From: Felis catus | Lineage: Eukaryota | Reading direction: 5' to 3' | Length of the DNA: 64,000 nt | NCBI RefSeq assembly: GCF_018350175.1 | Contig: NC_058368.1 | Location: forward strand, 8,184,001 to 8,248,000 | Program-made: the position numbers and the translations under genes | The notes under the pieces: model-generated | The model's database searches: none | What the model was told of the DNA's origin: nothing | The model's input: the letters and a program-made list of their open reading frames with translations, nothing else | In this document: piece after piece, positions 51,142 through 61,880 of the stretch | How the letters are laid out: every line of letters begins with the position of its first letter | Numbering within the stretch: position 1 is the first letter of the stretch

Positions 51142-52086
51142 TCGCTATCATTCCAGTAAATTCACTGTGCTTAAGATAAACAGTACATTTTGTTGTTTCC
51201 GGTCAGGATCTCTGAATGCTGTGGAAATTGGCATCAGATAGTTGGTGTTATAGGGAGCACATCTCCAGAGACTTGTGGGAAGCAGGGGTTAGTTATCTGA
51301 CTGGGATAGGTTAGGCAGTGAATCTAGTAGGAAGTCTAGCTGTCTTTCCAGTGGTTCTCTGGTCACATGAAATCATATGCCCAATTCATAGCAAAGCTCT
51401 GGGCAACCAGAATGTGGAAAAGTCAGGATGGTGGAGTGGTGGCTTCTGGCTGTACTGGAAAGTTTAAGTAGGTAAATACCAAGTTCAAATCCACAAGCCA
51501 ACCTATCGAAGCCTAAAGAATGTTGTCTTACAGGCATAGTGCTGTAGCAAAAACCGGTGTGAGGCTCCAGAATTGGCCCAGTTGTTGAAGTCACTGCCTT
51601 ACCAGATCTAATTATGAAAATCGGAGCACTGATTAGAGCCCTGAGAATTAAGTAGGAATGTGATTTAGCAAGGAAGCAATTTCTTCACTTAGAGGGTGTT
51701 TCTTTCTTAAGACATTTTCAGCTGAGGGGGTCAGTTTACCAGAGAAAACCAATTACTTACTGTCTTGTCACTGTGCTCTATTCCCAAACCCGGAGCTAGT
51801 GTTAAGAGCCTAGCATGCCCCCTGGAGGCCAAATCCAAAGAAATCTAGCCTGGAGGAGGAATTTGGGGACTGCTAATTTTTATATGCCAAGAATTTCAGG
51901 AACGTGCGAAAGAATAGAGGTTGAATGTGCTTTTCGAATCATAGTATGATCCCCTTATACAAGATACTTCTAGACACGTTTAACTCAAGAAGATGGATGT
52001 GGTTTTAATTGTTTGCAAAATTGCATTTAACACAGGCCCGCACTAAATGAAGCTGAGAGGCCAGAGTTTGTTAGTATTATGTAAAG

Positions 52087-52503
52087 CAGTGGTTCTTAAA
52101 CTTTTTCGTGCATGGGGCTCATGGGAGGGCTTTTAATTTTTTTTTTTCAACGTTTATTTATTTTTGGGACAGAGAGAGACAGAGCATGAATGGGGGAGGG
52201 GCAGAGAGAGAGGGAGACACAGAATCGGAAACAGGCTCCAGGCTCCGAGCCATCAGCCCAGAGCCCAACGCGGGGCTCGAACTCACGGACCGCGAGATCG
52301 TGACCTGGCTGAAGTCGGACGCTTAACCGACTGCGCCACCCAGGCGCCCCATGGGAGGGCTTTTAGAAACACAGACTGCAACGCCTCCCCCAACCCCCCC
52401 AGAGTTTGTGATTCTGGAGGTTTGAGTTGAAGCCTGAGAATTTGCATTTCCCACAAATTCTGAGGTGATGATGATAATCCAGGGATCACACTTCTGAGCA
52501 CAG
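52087..52503. mobile_element. MER5A (hAT) split by a young antisense Can-SINE (52136-52349)
   Basis: cagtggttcttaaact..gcctgagaatttgcatttc..cacacttctgagcacag; perfect 16-bp SINE TSD catgggagggctttta. Confidence 0.88.
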
Positions 52504-52729
52504 CAGGTATAGAAGGAGGAAGTCAAATACTTTTGAGAGACAGGAGCCTTGGGATTTTTGGTTTGCTTGTATAAATCTGTTCACTGTCCACCTAACTGGC
52601 TTTCCCAGGATAAGCTAGGTAACTATTATACCTTTATCAAGGGCTTCAAGCATATATTAGTGCTGGCTTCACAGCATCAATATAGGCTTTTTAACTGAAG
52701 GTTTTTGAGGCAAAATTTACATAAAGTTG

Positions 52730-54000
52730 ATGGATAACCTTGCCCTATTCCCAATCTTATGGGACAAGTGTCCAGTCTTTTTACTGTTATGTATTGTGTT
52801 AGCTGTACAGTTTTGTGTGTGTGTGTGTGTGTGTGTGTGTTTCTTTGGTAGGTAGATGCCCTTTATCAGCTTGATTCTAGTTTTTTGAGAATTTTTATCA
52901 TGAATGGAATTTTGAATTTAGTTACAATTTTCTTTTGTATCTATTGAGATAGTCATGTGTTCCCCGCCCCCCCCCCCCCCCCCCAGTCTGTTAGTATAGT
53001 GCATTAAGTAATTTTCAGATGCTGAGCCAGACTTGTGTTCTCTAGATAAATTCCACTTGGACAGACGTATTATCTTTTTCATATATTGCTTGATGTGTTA
53101 ATATTTTATCGTGACTTTTTTATGTTCCTGAGAGATATTAGTCTGTAGTGTTGCAGTGTGTCTCTGTAAATGCCCCATTTGACCAGAAATGCAGCATATC
53201 CAGTCAACCCGTCCCCAAATGCCAAGCCATCTCTGAGCTTTCTACTTACTTCCGTGTTCCTTACTCTTTTTTCTGGTAAAAGCTTCCTGCCTTCTGGCCC
53301 AGTTTGGTATTCTCCAGATGGAGTCCTATTTTCATGAAGTGTTAAGTAAAGAGTGTCCCCTAGCTTGTCTTCTTTATTTAACAGTAGTTCACTTTTCGTG
53401 CACAGACAGTCCCCACCTTAGGATATTAGACTTCTGATTTTTTGACTTTATGATGGTGTGAAAGGGATACACGTTCCATAGAAACTGCACTTGGAATTTT
53501 GACCTTTCCCTAGGCTGTGATATGTAGTAGGATCCTCTCGCGATGCTGGGCATTGGCAGCCCCCAGGTAGCTGTGCGACCGTGAGAGTAAACAGCCGACA
53601 CACTGACAACCATTCTGTTTTCCACTTTCAGTACAGTATTCAGTACATTACATGAGATATTCAACACTTTATTATAAAACAGGCTTTGTGTTAGATGACT
53701 TCGTTCAACTGTTGGTTAATATAAGAGCCCTGAGAACAGTTAAGTGGGCTGGGCTAAGTAAGCTGTGATGTTTGGTAGGTTAGGATTTTCGACTTAGGAT
53801 ACTTTCAACTTACGATGGCTTTCTTGGGGTATAACTCAAGGAAGATCTGTAATTTCTTGGTCTGGTTTTGCATCAGGATAATGCTGACTTCATAAAATGA
53901 GTTGGGAAGTGTTCCTTGCTTCTGTCTTCTGGAAACACTTGTATAGAGTTGATTTATTTGTTCCTTAAATATTTGGCAGTGAAACTATTTGGGCTAGGTC
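52730..54000 (-). mobile_element. Old L1 ORF2 fragments (about 52730-53160 and 53850-54000) with (GT)n and C18 runs
   Basis: 'gagaatttttatcatgaatgg..tatctattgagatagtcatgtg', 'ggataatgctgacttcataaaatgagttgggaagtgttcc'. Confidence 0.7.
53403..53849 (-). mobile_element. Tigger5/MER47-type DNA transposon
   Basis: cagacagtcccc..gactttatgatggtgtgaaag..aaccattctgttttccactttcagtacagtattca..atgagatattcaacactttattataaaa..atctg|ta. Confidence 0.8.
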
Positions 54001-54297
54001 CCATCTTGATCATATTCTAGCTGTATATCATCCCCAAGAAAGCGGTCCCTAAGTAACCATCTGAAGGTATGTAGGTCCAGAAACTTATTCCTGTGAGCAC
54101 AACCAGATCATTCTGGCTCCCGGGACTATCTTGAGCTAATCAAATGAGACTGCTTTTTCAAGCCCCCACTGAGTCAGGAACTGTACCAAGAGTTATATAT
54201 TTACATTATTTTATGCATTCTGTGATTTAAAATGCCAATATTTACAGTGAAGGACGTAGCTCTCCAGTAACCACAATGTGTGTGTTCTCTGTCTAGA

Positions 54298-54693
54298 GCA
54301 GGGCTTCAGCAAAGTCCTGCCAAATTCAGCTGGCTGCTTGTTTTGTTTTTTGGAGGACCGCTGTGCACATTCGTTAGTATATGGTCTATGGTTGCTTTGT
54401 GCTTCAATGGCAGGTAAGTAATTGTGACAGACTGTATAACCCACAAAGCCTAAAATACTTTTTTCTGGCCATTGATAAAAAGAGTTTGCTGACCCTTCAT
54501 CGAAAGCAGTGATTCTCAACCTTGGCCACATACTAGACATACTGGAATCACCTGGATAACATTAGGTGATTTGAAAAAATACTAATGTCCGCCCTCCCCT
54601 CCTAGAAATTTTCCGATTTAGTTGGCCTGGACATTGGCAATGTTGAAAGCCCCCTAGGTGATTCTCCATGGCAGCTAAGACTGAAAACCACTG
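54298..54693. mobile_element. MER58-like (54298-54503) and adjacent MER5-like (54507-54693) hAT fossils
   Basis: 'cccacaaagcctaaaatact..ctggcc..aaaagagtttgctgaccc'; 'cagtgattctcaaccttggc..gaatcacctgg..ccctaggtgattct..aaaaccactg'. Confidence 0.7.
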
Positions 54694-54852
54694 GCCCATG
54701 AAAAGGCTTACTTGTATTTATTTTACTGCCCATCCCACACTGATTATTCTAATGTGCATTTAGAAGAGGGCTGAGAAGAATTCACTTGGCCAGTAGTTTC
54801 CAGATCTGGATGTGTATCAGTCACGTGGAAAGTTTTAAAAACAGATTCTGAG

Positions 54853-55159
54853 GGGCGCCTGGGTGGCTCAGCCGGTTAAGCGTCTGACTTCGGCTCAGGT
54901 CATGATCTCACGGTTCGTGAGTTCGAGCCCCACATCGGGCTCTGTGCTGACTGACAGCTCAGAGCCTGGAGCCTGCTTCAGATTCTGTGTCTCCCTCCCC
55001 CTCTGTCTGCCTCTCCCCCACTCACACTCTGTCTCTCTCTCTGAAAAATAAACATTAAAAAAAGAATTAAAAAAAAAAAAGAATTGGTCACCTTCAGAGG
55101 ATGATAGGGAACCAATTATAAAAAAAAAAACAAAAAAACAAAAAACAAAAAAACAAAAA
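54853..55159 (+). mobile_element. Can-SINE with an extra 3' segment and second A-rich tail, inserted in a MER5-like element
   Basis: SINE 54853-55080, unique segment 55081-55119, A/C tail to about 55160; TSD aaaaacagattctgag / aaaacccaggttctgag. Confidence 0.8.
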
Positions 55160-55298
55160 AAAACCCAGGTTCTGAGACCTCATTCCAGACTGACTGGATC
55201 AGAATCTCCAGGGATTAAAAAAAAAAAAAATTCCTTGGGTGGTTCTGATATGCAGGCATTTCATTAAAAGAGAACTGAACCTAGGACACCTTATTCTT

Positions 55299-55500
55299 TT
55301 TAATGTTTATTTTATTTTTGAGACAGAGACAGAGCATGAATGGGGGAGGGTCAGAGAGAGAGGGAGACACAGAATCGGAAGCAGGCTCCAGGCTCTGAGC
55401 TGTCAGCACAGAGCCCGACACGGGGCTTGAACTCACTGACCGCGAGATCGTGACCTGGCTGAAGTCGGACGCTTAACCGACTGAGCCCCCCAGGCGCCCC
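55299..55500 (-). mobile_element. Can-SINE
   Basis: TSD caccttattctt (55287-55298, 55501-55512). Confidence 0.92.
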
Positions 55501-56810
55501 CACCTTATTCTTATCAGCAGGATTTTTGGACATTGAGGGATTATTTGGTGAGTGTAGGAGTGGAGAAAAGGGGTTTCTTGAGGCTGTGCGATGCAGGATG
55601 TAAATGATCTTATTGAAGAGTCCAGCCTCATAGAAATACCCGCTGTGTAGCGATAAGAGTATCCATTTCTTCTGGATCTGGGTATAGCTAGCCCCTCTTG
55701 TACTGTGCTGGATAAAAAGGAACATGTCTTTCCTCTTTGTTCCTTTTATATGGACTCCACAGAGACAAATCATTCCACCAATATTCTTTCTTCAGATAAT
55801 CACATAATTAGGTCACATTATGGGAGATTAAGCGGTAACATTTTTTCCCTCCCTTCTGTCTCGACTGTGTAACCCCATCAGCTTGTGCATTTTTCTAGTC
55901 TCTTCCGTATCACATTTACTAATTGTATCTTAGGATAGATACTTTAAAGATGGCTAAACTCCTTCATGCTGTTTTTACCCTGAGCCATCTCAATCCAGTG
56001 CCCTGATGTACTTACTGGATCTCCAATAGTTTTTGCTCAAAGATGAAACCCATCTTTTCATCTCTTAACTGTATGAAACAATACCATTTGTGCTCTCTTC
56101 ACTTTGGATGAAAATCGTAAAAGCATGGAAAGCTGAGCTGAAAGGGTCTTTAGAGGCCATTATGTCTACCATTAAAAAGGGCAATACTGTAGGCAGTCTA
56201 GGCGGGTACAGTTGGGAGGTACTTCATACTCTACCTTGTACGAGTGTTGATACTGGGTTTACAGTCTGTAACATGGGCACCTTAGCCATGAAGAATCTGA
56301 ACCACGCCAAGTCCATCTGTGTGTGACGCTGATGCCTGGAGGGAGCCGAATAACCATGGTCAGGTCTCTCCGAGACTTACCCTCCTTGAGTGTACTGAGG
56401 AAAATGAGTATCTATCTTGCAGGGTTATTAAGGGAGTATACAGTAAGTTGATATAGAAGACCCCTTTGTAAACCATGAAGTCCTTTTTGGTTTGGGAAAA
56501 TTATTGAACAGGAAGAAAAACAAAACTAAGTAACTATGGAAATCTCCCAGTTCTTCCGTGGGCTTCTGGCCCAGAAGGCATTCGGTAGACTTAAAACGAA
56601 TGGTCTTGGAAATAAAAATTTCTAATATTTTACACCGAGTGCTATTCGCTAGTCCAGCGGTCGTTGATTACCCTACAGGGAGAAGCTGTAAGCAGTGCTG
56701 TCAAATGGAAAACTGTCTGTGTTCAAGAGATGACAGAGAAGTCAATCACCTAGTTGTACTTGAAGGCATTTGCGATATTACGTATTGTAACTTAGAAAAT
56801 CAGAGATACT

Positions 56811-57015
56811 GGGGCATCTGGGTGTCTGAGTTGGTTAGGCATCCGACTTCTGCTCGGGTCATGATCTCACGGTTCGTGGGTTTGATCCTTGTGTCGGGCT
56901 CTGTGCTGACAGCTCGGAGCCTGGAGCCTGCTTCGGATTCTGCCCCTCCCCTGCTTAGCTCTGTCTCTCTCTCTCTCTCTCAATAATAAATAAACATTTA
57001 AAACAATGAAAAAAA
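56811..57015 (+). mobile_element. Can-SINE
   Basis: head ggggcatctgggtg; TSD cagagata(c/t)tg. Confidence 0.85.
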
Positions 57016-58781
57016 AAACAGAGATATTGAAGGACCAGTGAAAATACCATAAACCAATTTAAAAAGTGCTGGCATATTTTTTCAATTGACTTGCAAGGTT
57101 GGCTTAATGGCTGTGGCATGCTATCAGTGGCTACTTAAATATGCAACTTTAAATTACTTTTACAAGGAAAAGCAAAATTTTGTATTTAGTTCAACAAACA
57201 TTTATTGAGGATATAATGAGGAATCAAAGACTGTCCCTGTCCTCAAGGTGCTCATTGTCAAGTAAGGAAAACAAACATTAGGAGACGGTGGAAAATGCGA
57301 GGATGGAAGTATGCACCCAGTGCTGTGGGTGCCCTGCAGGGGCGGGGGGAGCATAGGAGTAGGGAAGAAATGTCAAGAAGGCTACACAGAGGAAGCAGGA
57401 TTTGGCTGACAGTTGAAAGTTCCAATGTCTCAAAGGAGGAAAGGCAAATGGAACAGTGTATAGAAAGATAGGAGGCATGAGAGAATGTGTTCTCAGGGAC
57501 CAGGGTGGGTCTCAGGATAAGTTTAAGGCAGTAAGATATGGATATCCCTGGATAAAAATAAGGAATGAATATTGGCTCTATAACATTACTTCATGATTGG
57601 CTGCTTGCTCAGTGTTTACGTTTCTTTATAAGAAATTTTATTTACAGTATTTTTCCAGTCACCCCTGTGTCACCTATATAAACACTATCATACCTGTCAC
57701 TGATGACACGTATTAGGAAAAGTGAAAATATGTCTCCTCTAAAGTGCTTCCATTTTAAGGTTTTTGCATCTCTTAGAAACTTTCACGGTCCCTAGCACCT
57801 TGATGGGCTCTGTAAAACAAAGCATTATCCAAGCAGAGGTGTGACTGTACTAGAATTGTTTGAAACTTCTACGGTTATTTTCCTATCAGAGAATGATTCA
57901 TCATAATTTTGAACAGTGATGCCTTCAAAATCTTTGAGAGGTCAGAAACCCATTTTGCAGATGAAGAAACTGAGGTATAGAGTTCTCCTTGGTCCCAGGG
58001 TGAGAGGCTGGAGTATGTCAGGGAGATTATTGCTTTTGATTGTGTTAAGTTTCTTAATCCCTTTAGACTGTGAAGTTTCCGTTTCTTTCCCAAATCCAGA
58101 AATGGGAAGTGTTTTGAGATTTGTTCTATCTATGGGAATCCATCGCAGAATATTCATAAAGTGCTCAAAGTGCATGGTACTGTAAGAAGCTAGAGCCAGA
58201 CGCCGTTTCTCTCACTGTTCAGTTGAGAAGAAAGGGCATGTAGCATTGATTATTTATGAACTATTGATTATGGAACTAGTTTACAGTTCTCGGAAGTCTG
58301 AGTATATAATGTGTGTGTCCAATTATTTTTTTTAAATCACGATCAGCTGTCTGAAGTGTCTTCACTGGGTTCCTCTTGTGTAAGAAGTACATAGCTTCCC
58401 TCGTTCCAGCTGGTGCACTTGACGATGCTGCAAAAGCAAACAAGACATTCTGCAATTGTGACCAAAGCAATACATAAATAACCTATATTCCAACTTCCCC
58501 CTGGTCATATGGCTTGCAATAAATTGTGCAAATTATACACAGAAGGAACATACTGGCACTTTGAGTCCAGCTGACTTGCTAGGCATAGCATTCTGAAAAT
58601 AATAAACAATCTACAGTTCTTTTCTCTTCCAGATCCCTGAAATGTCCATCCATCCCATTGTTTAGTTTCTATAGTCCACAAAAAAGTAGTTATAACTGTA
58701 GGTGTGGCTGAAGTTCATGTCCAATACCTATAACTGAAGCTGGGACAAGAAGACACCTGGAACTTAAAAAACATGTAATTT

Positions 58782-58930
58782 GGGGGTGCTTGGGGTAGCT
58801 CAGTCCGACTCTTGGTTTCGGCTCAGGTGCTGGCAGTGCAGAGCCTGCTTGGGATTCTCTCCCCCTCTCTCTGCCTCTCCCCCACTTGCACTGTCTCTGC
58901 CTCTCTCAAATAAATAAACTTTTAAAAAAT
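58782..58930 (+). mobile_element. Can-SINE with internal deletions
   Basis: degenerate head, 'gcagagcctgcttgggattctct', AATAAA tail. Confidence 0.75.
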
Positions 58931-59194
58931 AAGCATTTAACTTTTTAAAAATATTGAACGGTATAGGGTTAAAAAATCTCAGGAGACCATCTACATTTAC
59001 ATTAGAAGCATTATTGAAAGCATAACTATCTTTTATCTAGCTGTGTATATGTTCATTAACAGATATGTATGAATATATGAAGAATACAAATTACCCATTT
59101 TCTACTCCCTAATTCTTTTTATTTTTCGTGATATGGTATGGATGCACGATCATTTATTTAATCATTCTCTTTTGGTCATTTAAAAAATGTGTGG

Positions 59195-59410
59195 TTTTTT
59201 TTTTTTTCAACGTTTATTTATTTTTGGGACAGAGAGAGACAGAGCATGAACGGGGGAGGGGCAGAGAGAGAGGGAGACACAGAATCGGAAACAGGCTCCA
59301 GGCTCTGAGCCATCAGCCCAGAGCCCGACGCGGGGCTCGAACTCACGGACCGCGAGATCGTGACCTGGCTGAAGTCGGACGCTTAACCGACTGAGCCACC
59401 CAGGCGCCCC
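59195..59410 (-). mobile_element. Young felid Can-SINE
   Basis: near-consensus; TSD taaaaaatgt (59181-59190, 59411-59420). Confidence 0.92.
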
Positions 59411-59442
59411 TAAAAAATGTTTTTGTCTTAATAAACTTTATA

Positions 59443-59746
59443 TCAGTTGACCTTTGAACGTCCCATGTAGTTGGAAATGCGCATATAACTTTTGACTCCC
59501 TAAAAACTTAACTACTAATAGTCTACCATTGACCAGAAGCTTTACCAGTAACATAAAACAGTCTATCAACACATATTTGGCATGTCATAAGGATTATATG
59601 CTGTATTTTTATAATAAAGCCAGAGAAAAGAAAATGGCATTAAAATCATAAGAGAAAGTATATTATAGTACTGCATATATAGAAAAAAAAATGTGCATGT
59701 AAGTGAATCCATGCAGTTCAGACCTGTGCTGTTCAGAGTTAACTGT
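59443..59746. mobile_element. Tigger2a/MER8-like DNA transposon
   Basis: terminal inverted repeats cagttgacctttgaac / gttcagagttaactg; internal 'ataacttttgactccc..aaaacttaactactaatag'. Confidence 0.8.
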
Positions 59747-60275
59747 ACATAAATTTTTGATATTGCTGATCATTTCCTTAGGATGTGCTTCTAAAAGGAA
59801 TCACTGGGTCAAATACTATAAACTTCTTAAAAAAGCTTTTGATACATGTTTATGAATTGCTTTCCAAAGATGATACTGCCAAATAACACTCCTACAGGCA
59901 ATGCGTAAGACTGTCTCATCATTTACTGTATAGCACAGCATGTATTTTTAATTTTGCTGGTTCAACAGGTGGAGCCTCTTTTTAAAAAGATATCTAGTAA
60001 AAATCACTTTTCATCAGAATCACAGAGGAACTGTAAATAGTACGGTAGTCTGTCTTACACAGATCTAGGTATGAAAATTACATAGACATTATGTAATGAG
60101 GTCCTACTATGATTAAGACGTAGGGCAGCCCTTCAAGGAGGTCACAGTCTTGGTCGAATGGGTAAGGCCTGTGCACGTAGGTACTTTGCTTATTCACCCC
60201 GCACCCCCCCCCCCCACCGCCCCCCAGTGCTCAGGAGAAAGCAGAGATGTGTTGTGCTCTACCTCCTACTGACCC

Positions 60276-60310
60276 GTCACTGCACTGTCACTGCACTGTC
60301 ACTGCACTGT
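60276..60310. repeat. 11-bp tandem repeat (gtcactgcact) x3.2
   Basis: three exact copies. Confidence 0.9.
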
Positions 60311-60585
60311 GCTCTCAGCCGGGTAGACTGGGCAAAGCCCAGCAAGGAAAGGGCAAAGAGCTCTCGGCCCAGTGCGCTGGCCCCATAGAACGTGTTCACT
60401 CTCTTTGCTTGGCCATTTCGGCAAACACTTGTCTAGTTAGATTACACTTTTTGTTAACTGAAAGGCAAAGGAAGAAAAATACTTGTTATGTGTATGACTC
60501 TGGTCTTTTTATTCTATGTACTATTCATAAATAGAATTTGGTACTTTGTATTTATTTGGATATTTACATTTAAAAAGGGAGTCAT

Positions 60586-61048
60586 GGGGCGCCTGGGTGG
60601 CGCAGTCGGTTAAGTGTCCGACTTCAGCCAGGTCACGATCTCGCGGTCCGTGAGTTCGAGCCCCGCGTCGGGCTCTGGGCTGATGGCTCAGAGCCTGGAG
60701 CCTGTTTCCGATTCTGTGTCTCCCTCTCTCTCTGCCCCTCCCCCGTTCATGCTCTGTCTCTCTCTGTCTCAAAAATAAATAAACGTTGAAAAAAATAAAT
60801 AAATAAAAATAAAAAGGGAGTCATTAGGGATGCCTGGGTGGCTCAGCTGGTTGGGCAACTGACTTCGGCTCAGGTCATGATCTCACAGTCCGTGGGTTCG
60901 AGCCCTGTGTCGGGCTCTGTGCTGACAGCATGGAGTCTGGAGCCTGCTTCGGATTCTGTGTCTCCCCCCTCCCAGCCCCTCCCCTGCTCACGCTCTGTGT
61001 CTCTCTGTCTCTCAATAATAAATAAACATTGAAAAAACCACTTTTTTT
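60586..61048 (+). mobile_element. Two head-to-tail Can-SINEs (young 60586-60809, older 60827-61048)
   Basis: target sequence aaaagggagtca present three times (about 60573, 60812, 61050). Confidence 0.92.
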
Positions 61049-61404
61049 TAAAAGGGAGTCACTAAATAAGCCAACATTCTTCAAAGAAAATTCTTGATAT
61101 TCAGTGCACACTATTTGCTCTTGACTCCATATTAAAGTCTGTCTTCTTATAGGAATCTTTGACCCCCCAGGGGATATTATACTCTAGGAAATCATAGTTG
61201 AATATGAATATATATACATACACACACATACGCATACACATGCATATTCTTGGATGCTGATTTAATCGGTTCATATCTAAAGAGACAGGGGGTGGCTATT
61301 CAGAGTCTGACCCAATCTTTCTTTCTCTTAGTAATGGTGAGCCTTGTCATTGTCTCTTTCTTCTTAAGTCTTCAACATTATCAATAGATGTCCTCATGTC
61401 TAAA

Positions 61405-61880
61405 AGTTACTGAGAAAAGTACATTCTGGGGCAAAACTTCGTTCAAAAGAAAACCACAGGCCCCACGTGGTTTCCAATAGGCCACCTCATCAATCCTGGA
61501 CTTCACATGTAACTTACCTGCACTCCCAGCCTCTCCCAGAGGCTCGTCTTCACCAGTCAAGCCAGGAGTTCTCTGATCAGCACAGGTGAGCCTGCTACTT
61601 GGGCCCTTTCTATCCCCCAGAGAAAGATGAGGTCCTCCACCCTAATAAGACCCCTGCCCTTCTCCCTAAGGGAAGGAGACTCTGCCTGAAATAATTATTT
61701 CTTCTCCTCTGCTAATAACGTCACGACCCACCCTCTTTCCTATGAAAACCTTCCAGTTAGCACAGCTCCTCAGAGCCCCGCTCTACTTGTTAGATGGGAT
61801 GCCGCCTGGTTCGTGAATCAACCAGTGGAGCCAATTAGATCTTTAAAAGTTACCCAGTTGAATTTTTTTTTTTTAAACAA
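61405..61880 (+). mobile_element. ERV1-class solo LTR (MER34/MER39-like)
   Basis: 'ctcagagccccgctctacttgttagatgggatgccgcctggttcgtgaatc..gccaattagatcttt' typical 3' LTR motifs. Confidence 0.65.
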
